This document shows positions 26,501 to 37,940 of a DNA stretch of 55,665 nucleotides, piece by piece (positions within the stretch are counted from its first letter, which is position 1; each line of letters starts with the position of its first letter). The stretch comes from a virus (lineage: Duplodnaviria > Caudoviricetes): the IMG/VR virus record IMGVR_UViG_3300020156_000035, positions 1-55,665 of that record. The stretch is one strand, 5' to 3'. Position numbers and translations under genes: made by a program. The notes under the pieces are model-generated. The model made no database searches. It was not told the DNA's origin and saw only the letters and a program-made list of their open reading frames with translations.

Positions 26501-27628
26501 ATGAAAGCATCCGTACAACAATCACAACTTGCACGCGGCCTGGGGATCGTCTCCCGCGCCGTTAGCCCGCGCAGCACGCTGCCCGTTCTGGCAAACGTGC
26601 TCTTGACCGCAAAAGACGGCAAGCTGGAATACAGCGCGACCAACCTGGAACTGGGCATCCAGGCATCCACGCCCGCCGAGGTGGAGGAGGAGGGGGCGAT
26701 CACCGTCCCGGCGCGCTTGCTCTCCGACCTGGTGGCGACCTTGCCGGCCGACACCGTGCGCCTGTCGCTCAACGAGCAGACTTGCACGCTGACGGTCAAG
26801 TGCGGGGCGTCGAGCACCGAGATCAAGGGCATTGACGCGGGCGAGTTCCCGCCGATGCCGGTGGTGGACTTTTCGGACGCCCAGCAGGTCAAGGCGGGCG
26901 ACCTGAAAGAGATGGTCGGGCAGGTTACCTTTGCCGTGTCCAGTGACGAGGCGCGCCCGACCCTGCAAGGGGCGCAAACCAGCCTGTCGGGGATGGAACT
27001 GGTCATGGTGGCGACGGACGGCTTCCGCGTGTCGGTGCGTAAGCACGCATTCGAGCAGGCAGTAAAAAAACCCGCCGCCGCGATTGTGCCGGGGCGGGCG
27101 CTCAACGAACTGGCGCGCATCCTGACCGACAACGAGGAAATGGTATCGGTGGCGTTCCCGTCCAATCTCGGGCAGGTGGTCTTTGGCACAAAAGACACGC
27201 AGTTATTTAGCCAGTTGATCGACGGCAACTTCCCTGATTACAAGCTGATCGTGCCGCGTTCGTTCAAGACCACGGCGACCATCAGCACAGCCGCGCTGCT
27301 GCGGGCTGTCCGGCAGGCGGAACTGATCGCCAGGAACGGCAACAACGTGGTGCGCTTCAACTTGGAGCCGCGCGCGGATGCGCCGGGGGTGGTCAACGTG
27401 TCGGCCCAGTCTGAGGAAACCGGGCAGAATGAGGGCGTGGTGGACGGCGCGATTGACGGTCCCGGCGGGGTGATTGCCTTCAACGTGCGCTTTATCCGCG
27501 AGGCGCTGGAAGTGATCAGGACGCCTAACTTTACCTTGCAGATGAACGACCACAAATCGCCCGCGCTGTTATGCCCGGTGGGGGATGACAGCCTGAAAAT
27601 CGTGACCATGCCGATGCATTTAGGATAG
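26501..27628 (+). CDS. dnaN: DNA polymerase III beta sliding clamp
   Basis: 375 aa; TLPVLANVL, ATNLE, RPTLQG, VATDGFR, LIDGNFPDY, IAFN, terminal MPM. Confidence 0.95.
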   Translation: MKASVQQSQLARGLGIVSRAVSPRSTLPVLANVLLTAKDGKLEYSATNLELGIQASTPAEVEEEGAITVPARLLSDLVATLPADTVRLSLNEQTCTLTVKCGASSTEIKGIDAGEFPPMPVVDFSDAQQVKAGDLKEMVGQVTFAVSSDEARPTLQGAQTSLSGMELVMVATDGFRVSVRKHAFEQAVKKPAAAIVPGRALNELARILTDNEEMVSVAFPSNLGQVVFGTKDTQLFSQLIDGNFPDYKLIVPRSFKTTATISTAALLRAVRQAELIARNGNNVVRFNLEPRADAPGVVNVSAQSEETGQNEGVVDGAIDGPGGVIAFNVRFIREALEVIRTPNFTLQMNDHKSPALLCPVGDDSLKIVTMPMHLG

Positions 27629-27639
27629 GTGAACATAAT

Positions 27640-30600
27640 ATGGCCGTACCGTATACCCTCGAAGACGTTGATCACTTGTACGACCTGATTTTGCCACGGC
27701 TCGAAGCTGTCAGGAATAGTGGCGACTCGTCAAAAATCCATCGGGCCAATCAATTGATCGCCACTATTCTTGGATACCGGAATTGGGCGCATAGGGCGCA
27801 AAATGTCGAGGCAGTTTACGTGCTGGTGACGTATCGTGAGTACATCAAGACAGCCGAGATGTGGCTGGCTGAGATTGCCGGGAGGTGAACAAATGACCGT
27901 ATCTTTCTTTTTCGCCTGGTACGACTTCTGGGTAGGTTGGTTTTACGACCGCAAAAAGCGGACGTTATACATCTGCCCTTTGCCGATGTGTGTTATCAAA
28001 GTTGAGGTGAACAAATGAGCGAACAACAGATACCCGCCGACATCGACAAGATACGGGCAAACCTGGTGGAAATGCGGTTGCTGTTGGAAAACAAGGAGCT
28101 GTCTGACCTAAAAAGCAACCTTGACCAAACGCACATGACCGTCACCCTGCGCGGCGGGATCGAGGTGTGGGGCGTCGAGTTTGTGCAGTGGCTAGAGGAT
28201 CGGCTGGACACGCTTGATGGCTTTGAGCGCGTCGGCAAGTCCGTCACGGATGACTATATCCACATCCACATGCAGACGAAAACGGCATGGTATCAGGCGG
28301 GAAAGGTTACGAGATGAAACAAATGACCTATCGCATAGATAAACCAGTAAAGACATACAATGGCGTTGATACCTTCGTTTCCGGCATCGGTACAGTGCGC
28401 GAGTGCATTGACTGCGGCGCGCTGATTGCCGGTGGGCCGACCCGCTGTATCCGGTGTGCCGAGACAGGCGCGCCCAAACGGGGCAAGAATTCCGCCGTGT
28501 GGCTGATGGTCGTCTACTGCACGGTGATGTGCGTGATCGAGGCCGTCTTGATTATCTACCTGTTCAACAGGCTAGCGGAGTTGGCAAAGTGATCACCCCC
28601 GAACAGGTGGCGGCCGTCCGGCAGGCGGAACAACTGCTGCGCGAGGCGGGGTTGACGTATGCCAGAGTGTACCCGATTGTGTGGGGCGAACGGCATCAGC
28701 TGGTCATCATGCTGGACGTAGACGCGGACCAGTGGCCGCAGACGGAGAAGGAACAGTAGGGGAGGGTGAATGAGTGAAACCATCGGACAGAAATTAGACA
28801 AGGTAATCGAGGACGCGGTACAGCGTTACCAGACCGCGCCGGAGCTTGCCCAGTTCCGGGCGTTGTACGGGAAAAACTTCCGCATCTTTCCGAGTGATTT
28901 TTACGTGGTGATGTTTCCGCAGTCCTGGGGCGATACGTCCTGTGGCTTTGGCGGGATGGGTGGGCAGGCAATTACCACCGCGCCAACCGTTGTGTTGACC
29001 GACGAAAACGCCGGGGTGATTTTCGTGTATATCAATTTCCGCTTTGCCTATCTGGTCACGCGCCCGTCGGACTACTTCCGCGAGTGCATGGAAAAACAGC
29101 GTTTTCCCGGAGCGTCAAAGTCTGCACTTGTCAAAAAGCTGAATAGGGAATAGGGGAGGGAGAATGAGCGACGATAAAGCAATGCGGAAAGACCCAGTTT
29201 ATGTATCGGGCTGGAATGACGCGCTTGAATGGGCGGCGAAATGGATCACGGGTGCACTAGACGGTTATTCCGAGGATGTGGCGAATTTCGCAAAGGCCAA
29301 CGCGATGACGATACGCTCTATGATTGAGCCGATACCACAGCAGAGCTTTTTCGATGCGGTGCGCGACGACCCGTACATGAGCGCAGAGCAAAAAGCGTAT
29401 TGGCTACAGAAAGAGCCAGTACGGCCCGAGGGTGACGCGATATACTGGCGGGCGCGGGCGGAACGCGCAGAGGCTACGGTAAAGGCGGATCTTGACCGCG
29501 AGGGGATAGCAAACTTACTTAATGATTTTGATACCGCCCGTGCCGAATACGAAACATTGCACACGCGGGTGAAAAACGCGATTGAGCCGTTTGAGCTTCC
29601 CGAGAATTTACGTGATGCGACTCTGGCAACAAAGGTTGAAGAATTGATGCTGCGCTACGCGGTGATGGAGCAGGAACAGGATGACGCACAGAGTAGGGCC
29701 AACCGTTTAGAGGCAACACTAAGGGAAATCGAAGTTATTATGGATAACTTCGAGAAATCCAGAAGTGCGGTATCAGTTCTGCTGTATAACATCCGCGAAC
29801 GGATTGTATTGTCGAGGGGGAAATGATAAAACGCAGCGAAACCAACGATTACAGGCCATACGGCGGGATGGAGCAAAAGGATCACGTCTTGCGCTTGGCC
29901 CGTGGCGCGTTAGCTGAGGGCCTAAACCTGGCGCAGTTCATCGAACTGCTAAAAATCTACGTTGACGGGAATGATGATACCGTACTGGATAAAGCCCCGC
30001 TGATTGGCTACTGGAATTTGGGCGGGGGAATGCCAGAAAACAAGGACGGCGGTTTTGTTACGTACACGCTTTGCCGGCAATGCAATAGCTTGGTTCCGGT
30101 AGGGAACATCGTCAAGAATATGGATATGTGTGTGGACTGCTACTTGGGCGGCGGGAGGAAAGCAGCATGACTGACCCCGTTGAAATTATGAACCGCTTTA
30201 CCGAATATGCCCCGTGGAAGGGCGAAGAACCGCTGCCGCTGCCAATTCCGGGCCACTGGTTCCGTAAGATTTGCGCTCTTGCTGAACGAATAGCCAGGGC
30301 CGAAAACGAGTTAGAGGCGATGCGCGAAAGACTGTCTGATGCTGAGGAAGTCTTGCGCACAATCGCCAATTCGGAGGACGCTTACAACGGCGGCGAATGG
30401 ATGAAGGAAGCGCAGTATTATTTTGAGCGGAGGAAGGCGGGATAGCATGAGCAACAAAATCACCTGGTGGCCCGCGTCGTTGGCACGTGACAATACACAG
30501 CCCTTTGTCGTGTTGATGCGTTTTGATTGGCCGGATGGTCAGCGCATTTATGAGTTAGGCACATACATCCCACGCAGCGCAAACCCGTGGGTGAACGCAT

Positions 30601-31365
30601 TGGGCGAGAGCCTACCAGAAGCACCAGACTACTTCGTGCCAGCAAATAAGATCGTGGAATTTATCAGTATCCCGGCTGACCGGGAGTATACGTACAAGGT
30701 GAAAGTATGAGCGAGATTACCGACAAGTTTGATGAATTTATGCTGCACGTCACCGACCATGGCGGGGATATGAAGGCGCGGCAGATGTACCGCCACCTAC
30801 GCACGCTGATGGCTGCACAAGACCGGGCGTTGGAAATGGTGATACAGGAAAACACCGCACATACTGAGGAAGTCGAACAGCTGAAAGCGCAACGGACGGG
30901 CTGCGAGGAAGAATACACCAGCATGATGACCAGTCGTGACGAGTGGATGCGAAAGGCGTTTGCGCTGCAAACCCGCCTGACGCTGATCCGCGACCTGACC
31001 GCAGACGGCGACGGGATGGACCCCGGCGAACTGCTGCGTGAGGTGTACGGGATTGCAACGGGCAAGGAAACCAAGTAGGGGAGGGGCGAATGTGTGATCA
31101 GGGCGAGTACGCAATGCCGACAACAATGAGTAAGCCCAAGGTGGTCGAGGCGCAAACAGAGGAGGTGTTCTGCAAGTGCTGCGGCTATGCGGTGGGGGTG
31201 CGCTTCTGGACGTATGCCCACTACCAGAAAATTTCCGGCATGTGGCGCGTGCTCGTCCTGTACGGTTCGCAAGACCGGGTGTTCTCGGTCGAGAAGGAAC
31301 TGCCGTGCGGTCATTTCTTTGCCTACCATGCGGCGCATAAACGGGATTGTGGACAGTTTGAATAA
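27640..31365 (+). other. Run of about 13 small coupled hypothetical genes (27640-27888, 27893-28018, 28015-28317, 28314-28592, 28589-28759, 28770-29153, 29164-29826, 29823-30170, 30167-30445, 30447-30710, 30707-31078, 31090-31365)
   Basis: Same strand, ATGA overlaps, GGAGG-type RBS; several CxxC or coiled-coil proteins. Confidence 0.65.
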
Positions 31366-31688
31366 TGGCTGGCAAAGACTGTCGTGGTGAAATGCTGGCG
31401 CTAAGGGGCGATGGGTGGTCGTTACAGAAAATCGCCAATCTATATGGCGTTTCCCGTGAACGTGTCCGGCAGATTATTGGCAATACCGGGCGCAGTACCA
31501 GCGAGATAGAACTAGCTGTTATCTTAGCAAAGAAGGGGCAGGAGCGACATTCGCTCTCACTTGAACAGCGAATAAATATTGTCCGCGCATATAGTTTTGA
31601 TGAATTGACAGAGGAACAGATTGCGGAGAAGTTTGGCGTGTCCGTAAAGGTTGTCGGGCAGGTTTTGGACGAACCTTTGGACAGTTGA
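31365..31688 (+). CDS. Tandem sigma70 region-4-like HTH protein (candidate late activator/antiterminator)
   Basis: SLQKIANLYGVSRERVRQI and TEEQIAEKFGVS; last early gene before the late promoter. Confidence 0.7.
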   Translation: MAGKDCRGEMLALRGDGWSLQKIANLYGVSRERVRQIIGNTGRSTSEIELAVILAKKGQERHSLSLEQRINIVRAYSFDELTEEQIAEKFGVSVKVVGQVLDEPLDS

Positions 31689-31695
31689 AAACTCG

Positions 31696-31724
31696 TTGCT
31701 TTTTACTGTAAAGATTGCTATAAT
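31696..31724 (+). promoter_or_regulatory. Late promoter (pR'-like)
   Basis: TTGCTT-17-TATAAT with extended -10 TG. Confidence 0.75.
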
Positions 31725-31774
31725 CGTTATGACTGTAACAACTGAATAAACCGAAAGGTTTTGTAAGTCGGGTC

Positions 31775-31807
31775 AAGCCGACACTCTAAACGGGTGTCGG
31801 CTTTTTT
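31775..31807 (+). terminator. Leader terminator (tR'-like)
   Basis: AAGCCGACAC/GTGTCGGCTT followed by a T-tract. Confidence 0.85.
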
Positions 31808-31981
31808 ATTTGAAGGATTACGGCGTACCCAGCGCCGCATCCCCATCCCTCCCAAGCCGGGGGCGCGACAAGCAGAATGCCCGAATAGTTTACTGGTACA
31901 CCTTATTGGTAACCCTTAGCGGTACAGAGACGGGCAGCCCCCGGCAGGGGTAGGGGAAGGGGAGAAACGAAAGGATAGACG

Positions 31982-32398
31982 ATGGACGAATTTTGGTCAA
32001 AGTTATTGCAGGAAGTAGCGGTGCAGGTGGTTCCCGTGCTGGCGGTGTTTGCGGTCGGCTATGCGGTCAAGGCGTTCGGCAGCTTCTGGGCTGATCTCAA
32101 ATTCAGCCAGCCCGACCGGGCCGACGCGCTGGAAATGGCGGCAAAGCTGGCAGTCAAAGCGGCGGAACAGGCCGGGGCAAGCCAGTACATCTACAACAAG
32201 AAGGAATACGCGCTGGACGTGGCCGAAAACTGGCTGGCGATGCGCGGCATCCACATTGACCTGGACCTGATTGACGCGGCGGTCGAGGCGGCGGTGTTTG
32301 AGCAGTTCAACGCGGACAAGGAAAAGCCCAAGGCCGCTGCCGGGTTTATCACAGATGACGCCATGGACCGCGCCATTGGCGGGACGCCGGTAGAGTAA
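31982..32398 (+). CDS. Holin, LL-H-like family
   Basis: N-terminal TM segment; AVKAAEQ...KKEYA...IDAAVEAAV. Confidence 0.75.
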   Translation: MDEFWSKLLQEVAVQVVPVLAVFAVGYAVKAFGSFWADLKFSQPDRADALEMAAKLAVKAAEQAGASQYIYNKKEYALDVAENWLAMRGIHIDLDLIDAAVEAAVFEQFNADKEKPKAAAGFITDDAMDRAIGGTPVE

Positions 32399-32403
32399 GA
32401 CGT

Positions 32404-32772
32404 ATGGCCCACCCCATCGCTGCCATCGTCTTTTATACATCGGTCATGGGCGGCGCATTGCTTGGTGGCAATGCGCTGTTTGAGTGGTCACTCTCGGGCG
32501 GCGACATTGCCGCGATCCTCACCGCGATTGCCGCCCTGGTTGCCGCGTATGGCAGCTACAAGAAGGCCGAGCTGTCCGCCGAGGAAGTGGAGATGCTCAA
32601 AAAGAAAGTCACCGAGCAGGCGGAATGTATCGAGCGGCTAGAGCGCGAGAACAAGGAAATCCGCCAGGAGAACCAGGAGCTGCGCGAGCAGAACCAGGTG
32701 CTAATGGGCGTCAACACCGCGCTGCGCGAACTGCTGGAAGAACCGCGCCCAAGACGGAGCGGGTTGAAATGA
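32404..32772 (+). CDS. Membrane protein with coiled coil (lysis-associated?)
   Basis: TM segments then ERENKEIRQENQELREQN. Confidence 0.6.
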   Translation: MAHPIAAIVFYTSVMGGALLGGNALFEWSLSGGDIAAILTAIAALVAAYGSYKKAELSAEEVEMLKKKVTEQAECIERLERENKEIRQENQELREQNQVLMGVNTALRELLEEPRPRRSGLK

Positions 32773-33069
32773 GAGGCGCGTGGAAATGCCCCAATTGTGG
32801 TTTCGTCGTTCGCGGCGGGGCGAGCACGTGCCCGGCGTGCGGGTTCGTGCGCAAGGGCGTGGTGGTAGCAATCAAGAGGCGCAATGGCTGACGGGCCGGT
32901 CAAGGCGGTGGAGATCCGCGCTGAGTTGCGACAGATAAAAACCATGGCGGACTTCTCAACCAACATCGTCCTTAACATTCCCGAGGACTGCATGGATCAG
33001 GTAAAGATACTTCTTGATTGGCTGGGCGATGAGATTGGAGTTGTTTTAGTGAATGGAGACAGCGGCTAG
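32769..33069 (+). CDS. Two small genes: Zn-ribbon (32769-32891) and hypothetical (32884-33069)
   Basis: CPNCG...CPACG; coupled ORFs. Confidence 0.55.
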
Positions 33070-33097
33070 ACTTTTTTAGCCCATTTACATACCAAAT

Positions 33098-33520
33098 ATG
33101 AACGATTTACGCACCGAATTAGACCAATTGGAAGACCAGCGCCTTGATTATGTCATGGCGCGTTCTCGCGTTAATTCGGATGCCCAAGGGTATCGGGATG
33201 CCAACATCCCCAAGGCGACGTTTTACAGTTGGGCGGAGGATGAACGCAAGCGGCTCAACGATCTCGCCCAGCGGGTAAAGCGTGAGGTAGCAACTCGCGC
33301 ATTGATGATCTTGCAGGAAGCGGCAGAGCAGGCGGCAAAGGTCAAGGTCGAAGGGTTGAAGAACCGCAACGACAATATCAAGCAGGCGGCAGCCAGTGAA
33401 ATCCTTGACCGTATTATCGGCAAGCCGACCCAACGGCAAGAAGTCACCGGCAAGGACGGCGGGCCGGTGGAGATGACCTGGAAGCAGTTTGTCGAGAGCG
33501 CAAAGGGTACGGGGGAATGA
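33098..33520 (+). CDS. terS: Terminase small subunit
   Basis: Directly upstream of TerL; ILDRIIGKPTQRQEVTGKDGGPV tail. Confidence 0.75.
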   Translation: MNDLRTELDQLEDQRLDYVMARSRVNSDAQGYRDANIPKATFYSWAEDERKRLNDLAQRVKREVATRALMILQEAAEQAAKVKVEGLKNRNDNIKQAAASEILDRIIGKPTQRQEVTGKDGGPVEMTWKQFVESAKGTGE

Positions 33521-34893
33521 GCCAGGTATTGACCCCGGCACAGGTGATCTACAACCCGGAGGAATTCGCCGGGGTGTTTTTGCGTATCCTGGACAAAGAA
33601 AAGCGCCTGATCCCCTTCTCGTGGAATAAAGCCCAGCGCCATTTCCAACAGCACCGCACCGGGCGCGATCTTATTTTGAAAGCGCGGCAGCTGGGCTTCT
33701 CCACCCTGATCCAAGGGGAAATGTTCCGGCGGCTGGTCACCTCCACGCGCACGACCATGACCATGGCGCACGATGACGAAACCACGCAGAAGCTGCGCCG
33801 TATGGCCGACCGCTTTTGGGAGAATTGCAAGTTCAACGGCATCCAGCCGGCGCGCAAGTACGGCAACGCCACCCTTGCTACCTACCCCGAGTTTGACAGC
33901 GAAAGCGTGATTGCCACCGCCGGCAGCAAGGAGGCCGGGCGCGGCGGAACCTATACCGATTTCCACGGCAGCGAGGTTGCTTTCTGGCGCGACGCGGAGA
34001 AGATCGTGGCGGGCGCGATGCAGGGCGGTAATCCTGACGTGGTGCTCGAGAGCACGCCCAACGGGGCGCAGGGCTATTTTTACGAGCTGTGCATGGAAGC
34101 CCTGCAAGGCAAGGGCGTGTGGAAGCTGCACTTTTACCCCTGGTGGTGGGATGACGCCTACCGCGTGCCGCTCGAGCCGGGCGAGGTATTGGCCTATACC
34201 GAGGACGAGGCGCGGCTGGTCGAACGCCACAAACTGACCCCCGAGCAGATCAAATGGCGGCGCAACAAACAGGCGGAGCTGCGCGGGCTGTTTATCCAGG
34301 AGTACCCGGAAGACCCGGTATCGTGCTTTATCACCTCGGGCAATTCCTACTTTGGCAACCTGGACGGGATATTTACCGCGCCGGAGGATGCCGAATGGAC
34401 GGAAGGACACCAGTACGAGGCGGGGCTGGACTTTGCCCAGGATGCCGACTATACCGCGCTGGTGGTGCTGGACTTTACCACCCGGCAGATGGTGGACCGG
34501 CTGCACATCAACCAATTGGGCTGGGCCGAGCAGCGCAACCGCATCAAACAGGTGTACGAGCGCTGGCACTTGCAACGGCTGGTGGCGGAAAAGAACAGTA
34601 TCGGCAGCGTCAATATTGAGGCGCTGCAAGATATGGGGCTGACGGTGATCCCCTTTGACACCACCAACGCCAGCAAAGCCGAGATTATGAGCCGCCTGCA
34701 CGAAGCCCTGCACGACGGCTGGCAGCTGCAAGATTGGGAAGTGCTCAAGCACGAACTGCGCACCTTTGTTTCCAAACAGCTTCCCTCCGGCGCGTGGCAA
34801 TTGGCCGCTGAGGGAACCGGGCACGATGATACCGTGATCGGGCTGGCATTGGCCTATCACGCGGGCGTAGGGTTGGGCTGGCTACTCGCGTAA
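33517..34893 (+). CDS. terL: Terminase large subunit
   Basis: KARQLGFST, HGSEVAF, ESTPNG, GLDFA, HDDTV. Confidence 0.95.
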   Translation: MSQVLTPAQVIYNPEEFAGVFLRILDKEKRLIPFSWNKAQRHFQQHRTGRDLILKARQLGFSTLIQGEMFRRLVTSTRTTMTMAHDDETTQKLRRMADRFWENCKFNGIQPARKYGNATLATYPEFDSESVIATAGSKEAGRGGTYTDFHGSEVAFWRDAEKIVAGAMQGGNPDVVLESTPNGAQGYFYELCMEALQGKGVWKLHFYPWWWDDAYRVPLEPGEVLAYTEDEARLVERHKLTPEQIKWRRNKQAELRGLFIQEYPEDPVSCFITSGNSYFGNLDGIFTAPEDAEWTEGHQYEAGLDFAQDADYTALVVLDFTTRQMVDRLHINQLGWAEQRNRIKQVYERWHLQRLVAEKNSIGSVNIEALQDMGLTVIPFDTTNASKAEIMSRLHEALHDGWQLQDWEVLKHELRTFVSKQLPSGAWQLAAEGTGHDDTVIGLALAYHAGVGLGWLLA

Positions 34894-34907
34894 TTTACAG
34901 GTGGGTT

Positions 34908-36488
34908 ATGGCACAAAAATTATTGATGACCGACGGACAAAAGAGCATCACGCTGGATCAGTACCCGGCGAGCGCGTGGACCTATCACAGCGGCACGCCC
35001 GACCAGGGCGAGGACGTTACCCTGGACCGGCTCTACCGCCGCGTGCCGTGGCTGCGCCGGGGGGTGGACAGCCGCGCCGCGTGCGTGGCTAGTATGCCCT
35101 TTGAGGTGCGTAAGGGTGACGAGGTAGTGGACAGCTCGCGGGACTGGCAGAACGTCGCCGGCTTTCTGCCAAACCCCTGGCTGCTGCTGGAACAGATCGA
35201 AAAGGCGCGCACGCTGGAAAACTGCGCCTATCTGTTTGCCGAGCGCAACACCTACGGGATTACCAAGGGCCTGCGCTATCTGGCCCCACAGACGGTCATG
35301 CCGGAGTACATCGAGGGTGCTGGGCTAAAAGGTTTCAAGCGCCGCATCAACGGCAAGGAAAAGCTGTTCCCGGCGATCAAGCTGGACGGGAGCGGCGAAC
35401 CGATCCGCGACCGGGAGGGCAACACCGTCATTGAACCTGTTCCCTGCCCGATTGTCTATTTCTGGGGCAGCGACCCATACGTCGAAATTGGACCGGGGCG
35501 CGAGAACTCGCCGGCCTACGCCGCGCTGATGGCCGCCGGGGTGTTGTACCACAAAGATAAGTTTATTAGCGACTACTTCCGGCGCGGGGCGATCAAGGTC
35601 ACCATCCTCGCCACCGATAGCAATGACCAGGCGGAAGCGCAGCGGCTCAAGACCTGGTGGAACGAGGTGGTAGGCGGCGTGAAAAACGCCTGGACTGCTT
35701 TTGTAGTCAAAGCCAAGTCGGTTGTGCCGACCATCATTGGCGGCGGGCTGGATGAACTGAAAGAGAACGGGCTGACGCCCCAGGCACGCGAGGACATCGC
35801 CACCGCGCTGGGCGTGCCGCAGACGCGCCTGTTCTCCAACGCGGCCAACTACGCCACTAAGTCCGGGGATGACATCCAATACTACCAGGAGACGATTATC
35901 CCCGAGTGCAAGGCCATTCAAGCTGTCTTGAACGAGCAGGTCTTTGGACCGCTGGGCTACACCTTTGCCTTCCTGCCCGATACGCTGGACATCTTCCAGG
36001 AGGACGAGAAGGACCGCGCCGACTCTGCCGCTGCGCTGGCGGCCGTGATGGGCGACCCGATCTTTGAGATTGTGGCCGAGGTATTGGGCTACGAGATCAA
36101 GGAAGAAACGATGGCGAAGCTGCGCCTGCTGTGGGCAGAGAAACGCCAGCGGGCCGAGGTCATGCAGCAGCAGACCCAACCACAGCCGGTCACCGAAAGC
36201 CAGCCCGACGAACAGCCGGAGGACGAGAACGAGGACGAGCGGGCGATCCAGACCGAAAAGAGCAAGTGGCGGCGCAAAGCGCTCAAGCGCGGCGGGTATG
36301 TGGATTTCCAAAGCGATGTGATCCCGCCGGCGATGCACGCGGCGATTTGCGCCGGGCTGCGCGAGGCAAAGACAACGGAGGAAATCGAACGCGCCTTTGT
36401 GGTCAGCGCAGCCGAACCGCTGGACTATGCGCGGCTGACGGAAGAACTGCACCGGGCCAATGAACTGTTAGAAAAGGCGCTGCAATGA
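34908..36488 (+). CDS. Portal protein
   Basis: Position after TerL; IATALGVP, ANYAT, YYQETIIP. Confidence 0.9.
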   Translation: MAQKLLMTDGQKSITLDQYPASAWTYHSGTPDQGEDVTLDRLYRRVPWLRRGVDSRAACVASMPFEVRKGDEVVDSSRDWQNVAGFLPNPWLLLEQIEKARTLENCAYLFAERNTYGITKGLRYLAPQTVMPEYIEGAGLKGFKRRINGKEKLFPAIKLDGSGEPIRDREGNTVIEPVPCPIVYFWGSDPYVEIGPGRENSPAYAALMAAGVLYHKDKFISDYFRRGAIKVTILATDSNDQAEAQRLKTWWNEVVGGVKNAWTAFVVKAKSVVPTIIGGGLDELKENGLTPQAREDIATALGVPQTRLFSNAANYATKSGDDIQYYQETIIPECKAIQAVLNEQVFGPLGYTFAFLPDTLDIFQEDEKDRADSAAALAAVMGDPIFEIVAEVLGYEIKEETMAKLRLLWAEKRQRAEVMQQQTQPQPVTESQPDEQPEDENEDERAIQTEKSKWRRKALKRGGYVDFQSDVIPPAMHAAICAGLREAKTTEEIERAFVVSAAEPLDYARLTEELHRANELLEKALQ

Positions 36489-37147
36489 TCGACCTTGCCA
36501 CCGTCCGCAACCTGACCAGACTAGTCAGACACAAGGCCATGACAAAGCACCTGCGAGCCGGGGCGTGGAAGACCGTTGGCACGTATGAGCGCCAGGTGTG
36601 GCGCGATGTGCGCGACCTGTACAACGGCGAGATAGACGAGTTTGCGTTTGTGGACAACTTCAACGGCTACATTGACAACCAGTTTAGCCGGGCATGGCGC
36701 GAGGGCGCACGCGACGCGGGCGTTGATCCGCGTGACTTTACCGACGCAGACCTGGACCGGCTGGCGGAGCGCATCGAACAGGAACAGGGCTTTATGCTGC
36801 AACTGGCGGACGACATCCTGGCAGCACGCGAGGAAGGCAAGCCGCCCTTGGAGAGCTTCAAGGCGCGGGCATCCGCCTACGCCAACCGCTACACGGATAT
36901 GGTCAACGAGGCGCGGCTGTACTTTACGGCAGCAGGGGATAGGCTGGAATGGATTGTCGGACCCACGGAACACTGTACGACTTGCGCCGGGTTGAATGGG
37001 GTAGTGGCAACATCGAAGGAATGGGAAGAAAGTGGATACAGGCCGCAGGATTACGATTCGCTAGAGTGTCATGGATATAACTGCAAATGCCAACTCGTCC
37101 CCACCGACAAGCCACGCACGCGGGGCGGTATTCCACAGGGATTATAA
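36485..37147 (+). CDS. MuF/SPP1 gp7-like head morphogenesis protein
   Basis: HCTTC...LNG...HGYNCKC. Confidence 0.8.
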   Translation: MIDLATVRNLTRLVRHKAMTKHLRAGAWKTVGTYERQVWRDVRDLYNGEIDEFAFVDNFNGYIDNQFSRAWREGARDAGVDPRDFTDADLDRLAERIEQEQGFMLQLADDILAAREEGKPPLESFKARASAYANRYTDMVNEARLYFTAAGDRLEWIVGPTEHCTTCAGLNGVVATSKEWEESGYRPQDYDSLECHGYNCKCQLVPTDKPRTRGGIPQGL

Positions 37148-37213
37148 AGGGCGTGTGCGACTTACTTACTGTTACTTCGGTAGAGGTCACATCACGCCCA
37201 AAAGGATTATAGC

Positions 37214-37702
37214 ATGGCTGACGGCTTCATTGGCTTAGACGTTCAAGGGCTGGACAATCTAAAATCCCTTCTCAAAGACCTGCCGGAATACGCGCAGGAT
37301 TTTGTGGTGGAGGACGTGGCCGACTACCTGCTCAACGTCTTGCGCATGTACCCGCCACAAAAGAGCGTGACGCGCAAAGCCGCCTACGGGGTATCGTTCT
37401 TCACCGACAAGCAGCGCCGGTTCTTCTTTGCCGCGCTTGCTGATGGTTCGATCAATGTCCCCTACCGCCGCACGCAGGCGCTATCACGCGGCTGGAAGAA
37501 GGTCGGCAGCGGGCGCAATCTGATCATTGCCAACGAGACGCCCCACGCCGGGCTGGTGATGGGCGGCCAAACCGAACAGAGCCGACACGCCCGCGCCATC
37601 GGCTGGAAGGAAGCCGGGGAGATTGCCAAGGAACGCGCTGACCGCATCACCAAGATTGCAGAGGCGGCAGCGGCCAAGGCCATCAAGAAAGCGGGCGGCT
37701 AG
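37214..37702 (+). CDS. HK97 gp10-like neck/head completion protein
   Basis: YPP...YRRTQALSRGW...ANETPHA. Confidence 0.6.
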   Translation: MADGFIGLDVQGLDNLKSLLKDLPEYAQDFVVEDVADYLLNVLRMYPPQKSVTRKAAYGVSFFTDKQRRFFFAALADGSINVPYRRTQALSRGWKKVGSGRNLIIANETPHAGLVMGGQTEQSRHARAIGWKEAGEIAKERADRITKIAEAAAAKAIKKAGG

Positions 37703-37869
37703 TTGAGCGCACCCATCACGATCAGCACCGACCCGACCGCGCCTATTACAATCCCTAGCCCGACGCCGGTGATCAGCGCACCCCACTTCTCGCCGTTGGC
37801 GTTTTTGCGCCGGTTGTATAACCAGATCCCTACACCGATTGCCATGAGCAGAAAACCCCAAATGTCCAT
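37699..37869 (-). CDS. Antisense-oriented two-TM moron protein
   Basis: MDIWGFLLMAIGVGIWLY; GGAGG RBS. Confidence 0.65.
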   Translation of the reverse strand: MDIWGFLLMAIGVGIWLYNRRKNANGEKWGALITGVGLGIVIGAVGSVLIVMGALN

Positions 37870-37940
37870 GTTTCCTCCGTGAGTTGTACTGCTATTGTAC
37901 AGCAAAAGCGGATAAGGGATAATGAGAGGGGAGGGTAGAT

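Noticed and set aside
33223-34860. Long antisense ORFs (545 aa here; also 39999-41357, 35325-36452, 48976-49995)
   Set aside because: Shadow frames of GC-rich genuine genes, with no motifs or RBS.
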